Part shown: positions 25,508-36,191 of the stretch, piece after piece | Layout: every line of letters starts with the position of its first letter | Numbering within the stretch: position 1 is the first letter of the stretch | Assembly: GCF_003668965.1 (NCBI RefSeq) | Contig: NZ_RAWQ01000078.1 | Location: forward strand, 1-39,014 | DNA from: Corallococcus sp. AB030 | Lineage (GTDB): Bacteria > Myxococcota > Myxococcia > Myxococcales > Myxococcaceae | DNA length: 39,014 bases | Direction of reading: 5' to 3' | The notes under the pieces: generated by a model | What the model was told of the DNA's origin: nothing | Database searches by the model: none | What the model saw: only the letters and a program-made list of their open reading frames with translations | Program-made: the position numbers and the translations under genes

Positions 25508-26374
25508 TCAAGAAAACATGCGCTGCAGGTCCAGTAACATCACCGGATCCGGCAGCCCCGGCGCCCGGAACGTTCCGGGAAGCTCGGCCGGCTTGAACTT
25601 CTGCAGCACACCCAGCACCCGGGTGGCCGCCAGCCCTACGTTCCGCCCCGCCAGTTCCGTGAGGACGAACAGCTCCTCCGCCTGGGCCGGCGCACCCAGC
25701 AGTGCTGGAATCGAACAGATGGGCCATAGCGCCTGCGCGTGGGGATAGACGCCCGCCACCGGCCCGCTCTGCACCGGGAGCACGCTGAACGCCTCGCCCC
25801 GGGGTACCACCTGGGAGACGCAACCCAGCGGGACGCCGAACAGCACCCCCTGGGACTCCAGCACCAGCGCCCGCTCCGGGGGCGCGTCCGCATAGTGCAC
25901 GGGCCGGGGCTCTGGCGGGGTCGCCCGGGGGCCCGCCCGGTGCGGCAGCGCTTCCACGATGAGCTCCAGGTACAGCCGGTCCTTGTGCAGCACCGCGCCC
26001 CGGCTCAGCGGCGCCAGCGAGTCCGCCAGGCCCGGAGGCAGCAGGAAGAACGGGTCCCTCGCGACGTCCGCGACCTCCACCACGGCGCGCACCCGCACCG
26101 CGAGCGTGGGGCTGACGTCCAGGACCACCACCATGCCCGGCACTTCCTCAGGCAGGCCGCCGAGCAGCGCGGCGAGGTCCTTCACTTCCAGTACGCCGCG
26201 CAGACTCGCGCCGCGAGCGCCCGGCATCGCGACCTCGATGACGGAGGTGGCCTCCACCGCGTAGCGCGTCTCTCCGGCCTCCACCAGCAGGCAGAGCCGC
26301 CGTCCGCTTTCAAAGGGCACGGCCCGGGACCCTAGCAGCCTTCCAGCGTTGGGTGCTAAGCCCTGAACAGTCAT
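25508..26374 (-). CDS. Protein with two CheW-like domains
   Basis: RLCLLVEAGETRYAVEATSVIEV...GVLEVKDLAALLG and a second ALVLESQGVLFGVPLGCVSQVV...VLGVLQ block. Start taken at the ATG (MTVQG); its start codon overlaps the divergent gene's ATG (CATG at 26372..26375). Confidence 0.6.
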   Translation of the reverse strand: MTVQGLAPNAGRLLGSRAVPFESGRRLCLLVEAGETRYAVEATSVIEVAMPGARGASLRGVLEVKDLAALLGGLPEEVPGMVVVLDVSPTLAVRVRAVVEVADVARDPFFLLPPGLADSLAPLSRGAVLHKDRLYLELIVEALPHRAGPRATPPEPRPVHYADAPPERALVLESQGVLFGVPLGCVSQVVPRGEAFSVLPVQSGPVAGVYPHAQALWPICSIPALLGAPAQAEELFVLTELAGRNVGLAATRVLGVLQKFKPAELPGTFRAPGLPDPVMLLDLQRMFS

Positions 26375-27761
26375 GGCGCGACTGCTCCTCGTCGACGACG
26401 AAAAGATCGCCCGCAATCTCTACGGCGACTACCTCACGGCCGCGGGACACCTGGTCACGGCGGTGCCCACCGTGGCGGACGCGAAGGCAGCCCTCTCCGC
26501 GGCGCGGTTCGACGCGGTGGTGACGGACCTCATCCTCCCCGGCGGCGACGGCATGGAGGTGCTTCGCCACGTGCGCGAGCGCTACCCCGGCGTGGAGGTG
26601 CTGGTCATCACCGGCCTGGACAAGGTGGCCCCCGCGGTGCGCGCCATCAAGAGCGGCGCGGCGGAGTACCTGGTCAAGCCCGTGGCGCCGGAGGCCCTGG
26701 AGCACGCGCTGCGCCGCGCGCTCACCACGCGCGACCTGATGCGTGAGAACGCGTCCCTGCGCCAGCACGTCGCGCTGCTGGAGGCGGGCCAGCGCATCGC
26801 CACCACGCTCGACCGCGAGCGGCTGTCCACGGCCGCGTCCGACGCGCTGGAGTCCATGGCCAACGCCTCCGCGGTGATGCTCCTGGAGCGGGACCCCGGC
26901 GGCACGGGCTTCCGCTCGCACGGCATGCGCGGGCTGCCGGTGGACCTGCACGAGGCGCTCGTCCCGCTGCTCATCGAGCGGCTTTCGGGCACGCGCACGC
27001 AGGTGGAGCTCGACGGACTTCAAGTTCCCTGGCCGCGCACCCTCTCCTTCCCCGCCGTGGACGGCGAGCTGGTGCTGGGCCACGCGGTGCTCTTCCACGA
27101 CAACGCGCCCGCGGAGCACCACGCGGAGACCGTGGGCTTCCTCGTGCGCAACTGGGCGCTGGCCCTGCGCAACCTGGGCCGCTTCGCCGCCGTGGAGGAC
27201 CTGGCCTACGTCGATGATCTCACCCGCCTGTTCAACACGCGCTACCTGCACCTGGTGCTGGACCGCGAGGTGAACGAGGCCCTCCAGACGGAGCGCCCCT
27301 TCTCCCTGCTGTTCCTGGACCTGGACCGCTTCAAGGCCATCAACGACACGCACGGGCACCTGGTGGGCTCGCGGGTGCTGGTGGAGGCCGCGCGCGTGCT
27401 CAAGGGCTGCGTGCGCGACCCGGACGTGGTGGCGCGCTTCGGCGGCGACGAGTACGTGGTGCTACTGCGCGGCACGGACTCCGGCGGGGCCCTCAAGGTC
27501 GCCGAGCGCATCCGCCGCACCATGGAGACCCATCAGTTCCTGGGCCGCGAGGGGCTGGCGCTCAAGCTCACCACCTGCATCGGCGTGGCCAGCTTCCCGG
27601 AGCACGCCCAGGACAAGGACCACCTGCTGGACCTGTCCGACCGGGCCATGTACCGGGGCAAGCGCGGCACCCGGAACGTCGTCTACATGGCGGCGCAGGA
27701 CCTGGAAGCCACCCCGGCCGAGCGCCGTCAGAATCCCCCGCCCCCGCAGGGCCAGGGCTGA
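26373..27761 (+). CDS. Response regulator receiver, GAF-like and GGDEF (diguanylate cyclase-like) protein, with a GGDEY variant of the active-site motif
   Basis: MARLLLVDDEKIARNLY...DAVVTDLILPGGDGMEV...LVKP. GGDEF domain RLFNTRYLHLVLDREV...DLDRFKAINDTHGH...RFGGDEYVVLL. Confidence 0.8.
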   Translation: MARLLLVDDEKIARNLYGDYLTAAGHLVTAVPTVADAKAALSAARFDAVVTDLILPGGDGMEVLRHVRERYPGVEVLVITGLDKVAPAVRAIKSGAAEYLVKPVAPEALEHALRRALTTRDLMRENASLRQHVALLEAGQRIATTLDRERLSTAASDALESMANASAVMLLERDPGGTGFRSHGMRGLPVDLHEALVPLLIERLSGTRTQVELDGLQVPWPRTLSFPAVDGELVLGHAVLFHDNAPAEHHAETVGFLVRNWALALRNLGRFAAVEDLAYVDDLTRLFNTRYLHLVLDREVNEALQTERPFSLLFLDLDRFKAINDTHGHLVGSRVLVEAARVLKGCVRDPDVVARFGGDEYVVLLRGTDSGGALKVAERIRRTMETHQFLGREGLALKLTTCIGVASFPEHAQDKDHLLDLSDRAMYRGKRGTRNVVYMAAQDLEATPAERRQNPPPPQGQG

Positions 27762-27775
27762 ACGCCGGACGCGCG

Positions 27776-28171
27776 CTACTTGCGCAGGCTGCCCACGGTG
27801 AGGTGCTTGGGCAGCTCCACTTCCGCGGGCACGCCGCCGCCGCCGCCGCCCTCGCCCACCGCCTCCACCTCTTCGTGAGACGCGCCGGTGGTGATGAGGC
27901 GGTACTTCTGCGACGCCTCGCGGTCGTGCTGGGCCTGCTCCGGATCCAACCGCGCGATGAGCTGCCAGAAGAGGGCCGCGTGCTCGCGCTCCTCGTCCAT
28001 GACGTGCCGCAGGATGGCCTTCGCCTCCTCGTTGTCCGTCGCGTCCAGGTGCGCGGCGTAGAGGTTGATGGCGTCCAGCTCCGCCTCGATGTTGAGCCGG
28101 ATGGAGCGGGCCAGTTCGGAGTCCGTCAGCTTCCGGGGCACCAGCGAGTGGAACGGGTTCGTCTGCGGCAT
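27776..28171 (-). CDS. encC: Encapsulin cargo: ferritin-like/rubrerythrin-like protein with a C-terminal encapsulin targeting peptide
   Basis: 131 aa. Ferritin-like helix pair with EAELDAINLYAAH...DEEREHAALF (ExxH iron ligands). Gly-rich flexible linker GEGGGGGGVPAEVELPKH then LTVGSLRK, which matches the M. xanthus EncB/EncC targeting sequence. No shell gene in the window. Confidence 0.7.
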   Translation of the reverse strand: MPQTNPFHSLVPRKLTDSELARSIRLNIEAELDAINLYAAHLDATDNEEAKAILRHVMDEEREHAALFWQLIARLDPEQAQHDREASQKYRLITTGASHEEVEAVGEGGGGGGVPAEVELPKHLTVGSLRK

Positions 28172-28327
28172 GAGGACCTCAGCGACAGGGAGGGTTTCCA
28201 GCAAGCGAGCGGGCAACGACGTTCCGTCAGGCCGGGCTGGAGGACGTGCGCGAGCATCCGTTCGGTCGCGAGCGCGGTCAACCGAATCCCGCTGGGGGTG
28301 CGTTGCGCGTGAACACCTGCCTCCGCC

Positions 28328-29857
28328 ATGCTCCCGTGCATGGAGACCCCCTCGCCGCTCGCGCAGCTGCTCCAGGCCCTGGACGCGGGGGACCTGGAGA
28401 AGGCACGGGTCGCGGCCGTGGCGCTGCAACGCGCCAACGCCCATACCCATCAGGTCGCCGCGGAGGTCCTCCATGAGCTGCGTCAGCCCCTCCTGGGCGC
28501 GAAGGCCTACGCCCAGCTGCTGGCCGAGGAAGGAGGCTCCAGCGGCCCGCTGAAGCTGCTGCTCGCGCAGGTGGAGCGGATGGAGCAGATTGTCTCCGAC
28601 TTCATCCGCCTGGCCAGCGAGCGGCCGGCCCCGCAGCAGCGGCTGTCCCTGGCCGCGCCCATCTGGGCGGCGGCGAAGGTGTTCAGCGTCAACCCGGACT
28701 CGGCGCGCATCTCGCTGGAGGTGGAGGCCCCCGAGGACCTCACCATCCAGGGCAACGCGCGGCTGATTGAGCAGCTCACGCTCAACCTGCTCAACAACGC
28801 CCGCGACGCCATGTCCGGCCGGGGCCGCGTGAAGGTGACGCTCACGCGCGATGGCGCCTCCGCGGCCCTCTACGTTTCCGACTGGGGACCGGGCATCCCG
28901 GACGAGCTGAAGACGCGCATCTTCGAGCCCTACGTCTCCGCCAGCAAACGCGGCACGGGCCTGGGGCTCGCCGTCTGTCGTCGCATCGCGCAGGAGCACC
29001 ACGCGCAGGTTGCCCTGGTGCCGCCCACGACGCTGCGCGAGGTGCCGCCCCCGGCCACGGTGTTCCGCGTGCTCTTCCCGCCCACGGACGCGCCGCGCCC
29101 GCCGCGCAAGCGCCTGCTGGTGGTGGACGACGAGGGCATCATCCGGATGGTCTTCAAGGACCTGATGGACAAGGAGTGCGAAGTCATTGAAGCGGCCACG
29201 GGCGAGGCCGCGCTCGAAATCCTCCGCTCGTCGCGCGTGGACCTCATCGTCACGGACAAGAACCTGCCCGGAATCTCCGGCCTGGAGCTGGCCCAGCACG
29301 CGCGGAAGCTGGACCCCGCGTCGCGCGTCATCCTGATGACGGGCTACCCCTCGCTGGTGACGACGCAGCAGGCGCTGCAGCTGGGCCTGGTGGACTACCT
29401 GCTCAAGCCCTTCGACGACATCCGACAGGTGCGCGCGCTGCTGCGGCAGGCGCTGTACACGCCGGCCGCGCCGCCTGTCCCCGCCCCCAGCGCTGGCGTG
29501 CGCCGGGTGGACGTGCTGGAGGACAACCCGGCCACCGCGCGGCTGATTTCAGAGGCGCTGACGCTGCTGGGCCTGGAGGCGCGCGTCGTCGCGGGCGCGG
29601 AGGTGGCCACCATGGATCCGCCCGTGGGCGTGGTGGTGTCTTGGGACTTCGCGCCGGCCTACGGCAAGAAGGCGCTGGAGCTGGCCCGGGCCCTGAGCCA
29701 GGGCGCGCCCTTCGTTGTCCTGGCCGAGCACCTCACCATGGACACGGCGCTGGCGTCGCTGCGCGCCGGGGCCGCCGCGTGCCTGCCCAAGCTGCTCTCC
29801 GACACCACGGCGCTCAGCCGCGAGCTGGGCCTGGCCTTCAAGAAGACCGCTTCCTGA
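28328..29857 (+). CDS. Cytoplasmic hybrid histidine kinase (HisKA, HATPase_c, receiver, degenerate receiver-like domain); no transmembrane or sensor domain
   Basis: H-box HELRQPLLGAKAYAQLL. N and G boxes LNLLNNARDA...GTGLGLAVC. Receiver LLVVDDEGIIR...DLIVTDKNLPGISG...LKPF. Confidence 0.8.
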   Translation: MLPCMETPSPLAQLLQALDAGDLEKARVAAVALQRANAHTHQVAAEVLHELRQPLLGAKAYAQLLAEEGGSSGPLKLLLAQVERMEQIVSDFIRLASERPAPQQRLSLAAPIWAAAKVFSVNPDSARISLEVEAPEDLTIQGNARLIEQLTLNLLNNARDAMSGRGRVKVTLTRDGASAALYVSDWGPGIPDELKTRIFEPYVSASKRGTGLGLAVCRRIAQEHHAQVALVPPTTLREVPPPATVFRVLFPPTDAPRPPRKRLLVVDDEGIIRMVFKDLMDKECEVIEAATGEAALEILRSSRVDLIVTDKNLPGISGLELAQHARKLDPASRVILMTGYPSLVTTQQALQLGLVDYLLKPFDDIRQVRALLRQALYTPAAPPVPAPSAGVRRVDVLEDNPATARLISEALTLLGLEARVVAGAEVATMDPPVGVVVSWDFAPAYGKKALELARALSQGAPFVVLAEHLTMDTALASLRAGAAACLPKLLSDTTALSRELGLAFKKTAS

Positions 29858-29864
29858 AAAAGAC

Positions 29865-29909
29865 TCCGGCCCCGGGCGCCCCGCTTTCGCGGAGCCCACC
29901 GGGGCCGGA
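29865..29909. terminator. Bidirectional terminator-like hairpin (11-bp stem TCCGGCCCCGG / CCGGGGCCGGA with a structured loop) between convergent kinase gene and groEL
   Basis: Direct reading. Confidence 0.5.
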
Positions 29910-29942
29910 AACCCTACGAAGCTACGGAGCCGTCAAGTCGGC

Positions 29943-31634
<1,692 letters not shown>

Positions 31635-31661
31635 TTAGCACTCGGCCATGTCGAGCGCCAA
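31635..31661. promoter_or_regulatory. CIRCE (HrcA operator) inverted repeat TTAGCACTC-N9-GAGCGCCAA upstream of groEL
   Basis: Left arm is a perfect match to CIRCE consensus TTAGCACTC-N9-GAGTGCTAA; right arm has 2 mismatches. Lies ~50–75 bp upstream of the groEL ATG. Confidence 0.75.
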
Positions 31662-31765
31662 CATAAGGGCCGCATCGACGATGTCAACGGAAAGGGGCAG
31701 ACGTGTGGGCCTGAGGACGCCTACTGGCCCGCCCGGGTGGGGGGCCCGGGCTGCCCGGGAAGGCC

Positions 31766-32122
31766 CTACTCCGCGAAGCGCACGAGGTTGAGCAGCTGCC
31801 CCATGTCCAGGGGCTTCTGCAGGGTGATGGCGACGCCCTTGCGCAGGCCCCGGTCGGAGATGTTGGCGTCCGTGCTGGCGGTCATCATCAGGACGGAGAT
31901 GCGCTGGAAGCGGGGATCCGCCTTCAGCATCTCCGTGAAGTGGATGCCGTCCAGGTGGGGCATCAGGTAGTCGGTGATGACCAGCCCCACGGGGTGACGC
32001 TCCATGATGTCCAGGGCCTGGAGCGCGTCCGACGCCGAGAACACGGTGTAGCCATGCATCTCCAGGTAGCGAGAGAGCATGGTGCACAGCTCGTAATCGT
32101 CGTCGACGACCAGGATGTTCAC
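31766..32122 (-). CDS. Single-domain CheY-like response regulator
   Basis: MNILVVDDDYELCTMLSRYLE...VGLVITDYLMPHLDGIHF...LQKP. 118 aa. Confidence 0.8.
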   Translation of the reverse strand: MNILVVDDDYELCTMLSRYLEMHGYTVFSASDALQALDIMERHPVGLVITDYLMPHLDGIHFTEMLKADPRFQRISVLMMTASTDANISDRGLRKGVAITLQKPLDMGQLLNLVRFAE

Positions 32123-32210
32123 GGGGTTCGGGCCGAAACGGGGCGCTGGAAGGTAACAGCGACGCCGGTCGTTGACAACGCGAAGGACGGCTTCTTAGCT
32201 GCCGGCCCGA

Positions 32211-33284
32211 ATGGCGAAGCGCATGGCGAAGCAAGGGGAGGCGCGGGACATGGACGCGCGGCTGGAGGGAGTCGCGGACGCCTTCGAGGCGAGGGACTTC
32301 GAGGCCGCGCTCACCAGCGCCGACGCCCTGCTCCGGGACGTTCCGGACTCACCAGAAGCCCTGCACTACCGGGCCGCCGCGCTGGTGGAGGTGGGACGCC
32401 TGGAGGACGCGGGCAAGGCCTATGGCGCCGCCCTCAAGATGGCCCCGGAAGACCTGGAGATCCTCTTCGGCGCGGCGGAATTCCTCGTGTGCCGCACCGG
32501 CGAGGACCGCGAGGCGGTGGAGGAAGGGCTGGAGTGGTGCGGCCGCGGGCGGAAGCTGGCGCAGCGGGCCGATGACGTGGAACTCGTCTACGAGTTCCTC
32601 CTCCTGGAGGGCATGGGCCTCAACCAGCTGGGGGAATGTGAGTCCGCGCTGAAAATCCTGGACCAGGCGCTGACGCACATGCCGCGCTCGACGGACGCGC
32701 AGCTGGAGCGGGGCATCGCGCTGTTCGAGTTGTGCCGCTTCGCGCCCGCGCAGGAGGCCTTCGAGCGGGTGTTGAAGGACGCGCCGGACGAGGCCTGGGC
32801 GCACCACTACCTGGGGCTGGTCGCGGAGCGGCGCCAGGATGCGAAGGAGGCGAAGAAGCGCTTCTCCCGGGCGCAGGCGCTGGCCCCGGAGGAGCTGCCG
32901 CCGCCGGTGGCACTGGAGGAGGCGGCGTTCGACCGCGCGGTGGAGGACGCGATGCGCGCCCTGCCCTCCCAGGTGAAGCAGTACATGGACAACGTGACGC
33001 TGGCGGTGGAGGACCTGCCGTCGGATGAGGACCTGCTGGGTCAGCAGCCGCCACTGTCACCGTGCATCCTGGGGGTGTTCCGGGGCACGCCCGTGGGCGA
33101 GCGCAGCGTGATGGACGCGGCGGATCACTTCCCGCCCTCCATCGTGCTGTACCAGAAGAACCTGGAGCGCTTCGCGCGCACCCGCGAGGAGCTCATCGAA
33201 CAGATTGGCATCACGGTGATGCACGAAGTCGGTCACTTGATGGGTCTGGATGAAGACGACCTGTGGGAGCGGGGGCTGGACTAG
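32211..33284 (+). CDS. TPR-repeat protein with a C-terminal zincin-like minimal metallopeptidase domain (Zincin_1/DUF1025-like)
   Basis: TPR-like helices in the N-terminal half. C-terminal ...IGITVMHEVGHLMGLDEDDLWERGLD (HExxH-type). Confidence 0.65.
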   Translation: MAKRMAKQGEARDMDARLEGVADAFEARDFEAALTSADALLRDVPDSPEALHYRAAALVEVGRLEDAGKAYGAALKMAPEDLEILFGAAEFLVCRTGEDREAVEEGLEWCGRGRKLAQRADDVELVYEFLLLEGMGLNQLGECESALKILDQALTHMPRSTDAQLERGIALFELCRFAPAQEAFERVLKDAPDEAWAHHYLGLVAERRQDAKEAKKRFSRAQALAPEELPPPVALEEAAFDRAVEDAMRALPSQVKQYMDNVTLAVEDLPSDEDLLGQQPPLSPCILGVFRGTPVGERSVMDAADHFPPSIVLYQKNLERFARTREELIEQIGITVMHEVGHLMGLDEDDLWERGLD

Positions 33285-33304
33285 CGCCGTTCTCCCCTGC
33301 CCTG

Positions 33305-33607
33305 ATGCGCGCCATGCATGCATGGACGAAGCTGGGGCTGATGGCGGTGCTGGGTCTGACGGGCTGTCTGGGCGACGACGACGAGGAGCCGCGCACGTGT
33401 CCGCAGGTGGTGGTGTTCGCGCGCTCGGACAGCGAGACGTGCCAGTCCTTCCCGACGCCGTGTGACGTACCGGAGGGGTACGTCGAGTGCTGCGGCGGCC
33501 TCTTCGGGGGCTGCGCGGGGAACGTGTCCGGGAACACCTGCGTGGATGATCCGTCCGACACGTGCCAGCCCGGGGGCAGCGCGGACTGCCCGGGCATCTG
33601 CCAGTAG
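33305..33607 (+). CDS. Small cysteine-rich lipoprotein (about 12 Cys in ~75 mature residues)
   Basis: Lipobox LGLTGC after MRAMHAWTKLGLMAV. Mature part CLGDDDEEPRTCPQ...CCGGLFGGCAGNVSGNTC...CPGICQ. Confidence 0.55.
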   Translation: MRAMHAWTKLGLMAVLGLTGCLGDDDEEPRTCPQVVVFARSDSETCQSFPTPCDVPEGYVECCGGLFGGCAGNVSGNTCVDDPSDTCQPGGSADCPGICQ

Positions 33608-33612
33608 GCGTC

Positions 33613-36012
33613 TCAGGCGGCGCGCGAGCCCTTGTCCTCGAAGTAGGCGCGGCGGGCGCGGGCGCAGGTGGGGCACTGCCACTGCACCAGGGTGAGGTGG
33701 CGGTCGCCCAGGACGACGGCCTCGTGGCGGAGCGACTCCCGTGGGGCCTCGCTGGTGGCTCCGCAGGCGCAGCGCAGCCGGCCCAGCGTGGAGAGCAGCT
33801 CCTGAGGGCTGGTGATGGGGATGGCGGACCCGGCGCTGTCGCCCCGGTGGTCCGCGTCGAACTTGCGTGCGAAGGCGCGGCGCCGGCCCCAGGCGCGGCC
33901 CTTTCGCCAGAGCGCCACCGGGCCGCCCTGCGCGATGACGAACCACAGCACGAGGCACGTCGCGATGACGCCCAGGAGGATGGCACCCGCCTCGCCGGAC
34001 GGAACGGACGAGGCCTGGTGGCGGGCGGCCCGGCTCCTGAGTTGGATGGCGTAGCCGCGCTGGGCCTCGGTGGCGCGCACGGCCTTCACGTACTCGGCGA
34101 TGCGCTCGGGCGGGACCGAGTCCGCGGTGCTGCGGTAGCTGTAGTCGAGCAGCAGCGTCTTGCCTTCGGCGCGGGTGTCGGCCACGAAGCGGAAGGCCGG
34201 ACCGTCCACGACCTCGTACTCCGTTTTGACAGGGGGCAGCTCGCCGGCCTTCAGCGTGATGCGGTGGCGGGCGAAGACGGGGTGCTCCACCTCCAGCGGG
34301 AAGGCGCGGTGGGAGTAGTTCGGCACGGCGAGGTGCTGGCGGAGGCCATGCGCGCGGAACTCCCGGCGACCGTCCGAGGTCCAGAAGTCCTCGATGCGGT
34401 AGTGCTCTTGCGTGACGAGCACGTTCGTCACGGTGTCGTCGTCCACCGACATGGGCTTCGCGATGGAGATGTCCGCGTCCGTCTTCGCGTAGTAGTTGAA
34501 GTAGAGGCGGGACACCTCGGACAGGGACGTGCCCGCGAGCGCGCGGCGCATGGAGTTGGCGTCCGCCCCCGTGCGCGTGGTGACGACGTCGAGTGTCGCG
34601 GCCCCGTCGCGGCCCATCGCGACGTAGGTCTCGTCCACGAAGAGGGAGGGCTCCGTCAGCGTGGGCGTGGGGATGACGGAGAGCGCCGTGGTGGCGGGGG
34701 CGACAAGGAGGGCCCGGCCGTAGGAGGGCGGTTCGTAGCTTTCCAGCCCGCCGCGCTCCAGCGTCGCCGTGGGGTCCACCCACAGCTCGCGGCCGGCCAC
34801 GGTGGCGTGGACGATGACGTGGTTGAACGCGGTGGCGGTGGGACGCAAGCCGTCCAGCAGCTGCGTGAGGTCCGTGCTCACGAGCGCCGGCTGCGCGTCG
34901 ATGCCCAGCCCCTTGAGGAGCGATACCAAGAGGAGCGACTTGTCCTTGCAGTCGCCGAAGCGGCGCTGGAGGACCTCGTCGGGCGGATGGGGCTGGTGGG
35001 AGTTGGGGCCCATCTCGATGCCCAGGTAGCGCACCTCGTCCTGGACGAAGCGAAGCGCGGCGAGGAAGCGCGCCTCAGGGGTCGGCTCCTTCGACAGCCG
35101 GCGGACCTCCTGTTCCAGCGACTTCGAGCGGGCGGGCACCTGGAACAGCGTGGAGGCCCAGCGCGCGACGTCGTTCCAGTCCTTGTATTCGCTGAACTGG
35201 ATCCACGGGTAGACGGGCTGCCAGCCGGGGACGTTGTCCTCGTGGCGGACCGCGGGCACGTGGCGGCGCTCCAGGATGATTTCACGCTCGCCGTTCAGCA
35301 TCGACTCCGAGCGCGACAGGCCCGGCGCGGCGAAGTCCCGGATGAAGAGCGTGCGCCCCCGCCCTTCCGGCCACAGCAGCCGGTAGGCGAAGTGGACCAC
35401 GGGATAGGAGTGGCCCACGCCGACGACGTCGGAGAAGCGTCCGCCAAAGACGGGGTTGGCGCCTTCGAAGGAGTACGCGACCTCCACCGTGTCGCCCACG
35501 CGCACGTCGCGGAGGAAGGGCACCACGGAGAGGTTGCCGTTGTAGAGCCGGTTCTGGAGCTCGGTCTCCTGCTGGATGACCCGGGCCTCGGCAGGCTGGA
35601 AGACGTCCTCGCGGCGGCCGTCGCGGATGCGCCAGATGCCGTGGACGGTGAGCTTCTGGTACGTCGGATCGAAGCGGAACTGGATGTCCGTGACGCGGTC
35701 GATGCCCCGCGGAGAGAGGACCTTCTGGGCCGAGTGCAGGTAGTGCACGCGCGATGGGCCGGACACGCGCACCTGTTCCTCGATCAGCAGCCGGGAGACG
35801 CTGGTCTCCTCCTCGCCCTCGGGAGTCGGGCCGGGGTCTGGAGGAATGGGAAGCGGCTTCACCCACGCGGCGGGAGGCCCGACGCGGAACGGCCTGGCGT
35901 TCGTCGCCGCCGGTGCTGCCCCGGCGCTCAAGGACAGACACAGACACAGCAGCAGGACGGGCACCGGAAAGAAGCCCGGTGCCAGGAGGACGGAACGGAA
36001 GGTTCGGCGCAT
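33613..36012 (-). CDS. Transglutaminase-like cysteine protease family protein (DUF3857-like N-domain plus transglutaminase core) with a C-terminal TM helix and cytoplasmic Cys4 zinc-ribbon tail
   Basis: Signal peptide MRRTFRSVLLAPGFFPVPVLLLCLCLSLSAGAAPA. Core RRFGDCKDKSLLLVSLLKGLGIDAQPALVST...NHVIVHA (Cys-His-Asp). TM AGAILLGVIATCLVLWFVIAQ. CxC...CPTC at the C-terminus. Confidence 0.7.
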   Translation of the reverse strand: MRRTFRSVLLAPGFFPVPVLLLCLCLSLSAGAAPAATNARPFRVGPPAAWVKPLPIPPDPGPTPEGEEETSVSRLLIEEQVRVSGPSRVHYLHSAQKVLSPRGIDRVTDIQFRFDPTYQKLTVHGIWRIRDGRREDVFQPAEARVIQQETELQNRLYNGNLSVVPFLRDVRVGDTVEVAYSFEGANPVFGGRFSDVVGVGHSYPVVHFAYRLLWPEGRGRTLFIRDFAAPGLSRSESMLNGEREIILERRHVPAVRHEDNVPGWQPVYPWIQFSEYKDWNDVARWASTLFQVPARSKSLEQEVRRLSKEPTPEARFLAALRFVQDEVRYLGIEMGPNSHQPHPPDEVLQRRFGDCKDKSLLLVSLLKGLGIDAQPALVSTDLTQLLDGLRPTATAFNHVIVHATVAGRELWVDPTATLERGGLESYEPPSYGRALLVAPATTALSVIPTPTLTEPSLFVDETYVAMGRDGAATLDVVTTRTGADANSMRRALAGTSLSEVSRLYFNYYAKTDADISIAKPMSVDDDTVTNVLVTQEHYRIEDFWTSDGRREFRAHGLRQHLAVPNYSHRAFPLEVEHPVFARHRITLKAGELPPVKTEYEVVDGPAFRFVADTRAEGKTLLLDYSYRSTADSVPPERIAEYVKAVRATEAQRGYAIQLRSRAARHQASSVPSGEAGAILLGVIATCLVLWFVIAQGGPVALWRKGRAWGRRRAFARKFDADHRGDSAGSAIPITSPQELLSTLGRLRCACGATSEAPRESLRHEAVVLGDRHLTLVQWQCPTCARARRAYFEDKGSRAA

Positions 36013-36191
36013 GGCGGAAGGGCGCTCATCATGGAGCCCGGATGACGCGCCGGGCAAGGCGCCCCCCTGGGACACCGGGCGAGCGGCCCCGCTTCATTCA
36101 CCAGTGAAAACCGTCATGCAGGCCAAGCCTGGAATTGCCGTGACACGGGCTAGGGTTCCGGCCATCGGTTGGAAGGCCCAGGAGGCTGGCG

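Noticed and set aside
27776-29299. 507-aa ORF on the - strand
   Set aside because: Only its last 131 codons (27776..28171) form the ferritin-like encapsulin cargo. The upstream 1.1 kb is antisense to the well-supported histidine kinase gene and translates to low-complexity R/G/A-rich sequence.
33281-34783. 500-aa - strand ORF and 33562..36045 + strand 827-aa ORF
   Set aside because: Alternate-frame or antisense to the transglutaminase-like gene, which has a signal peptide and a Cys-His-Asp core.
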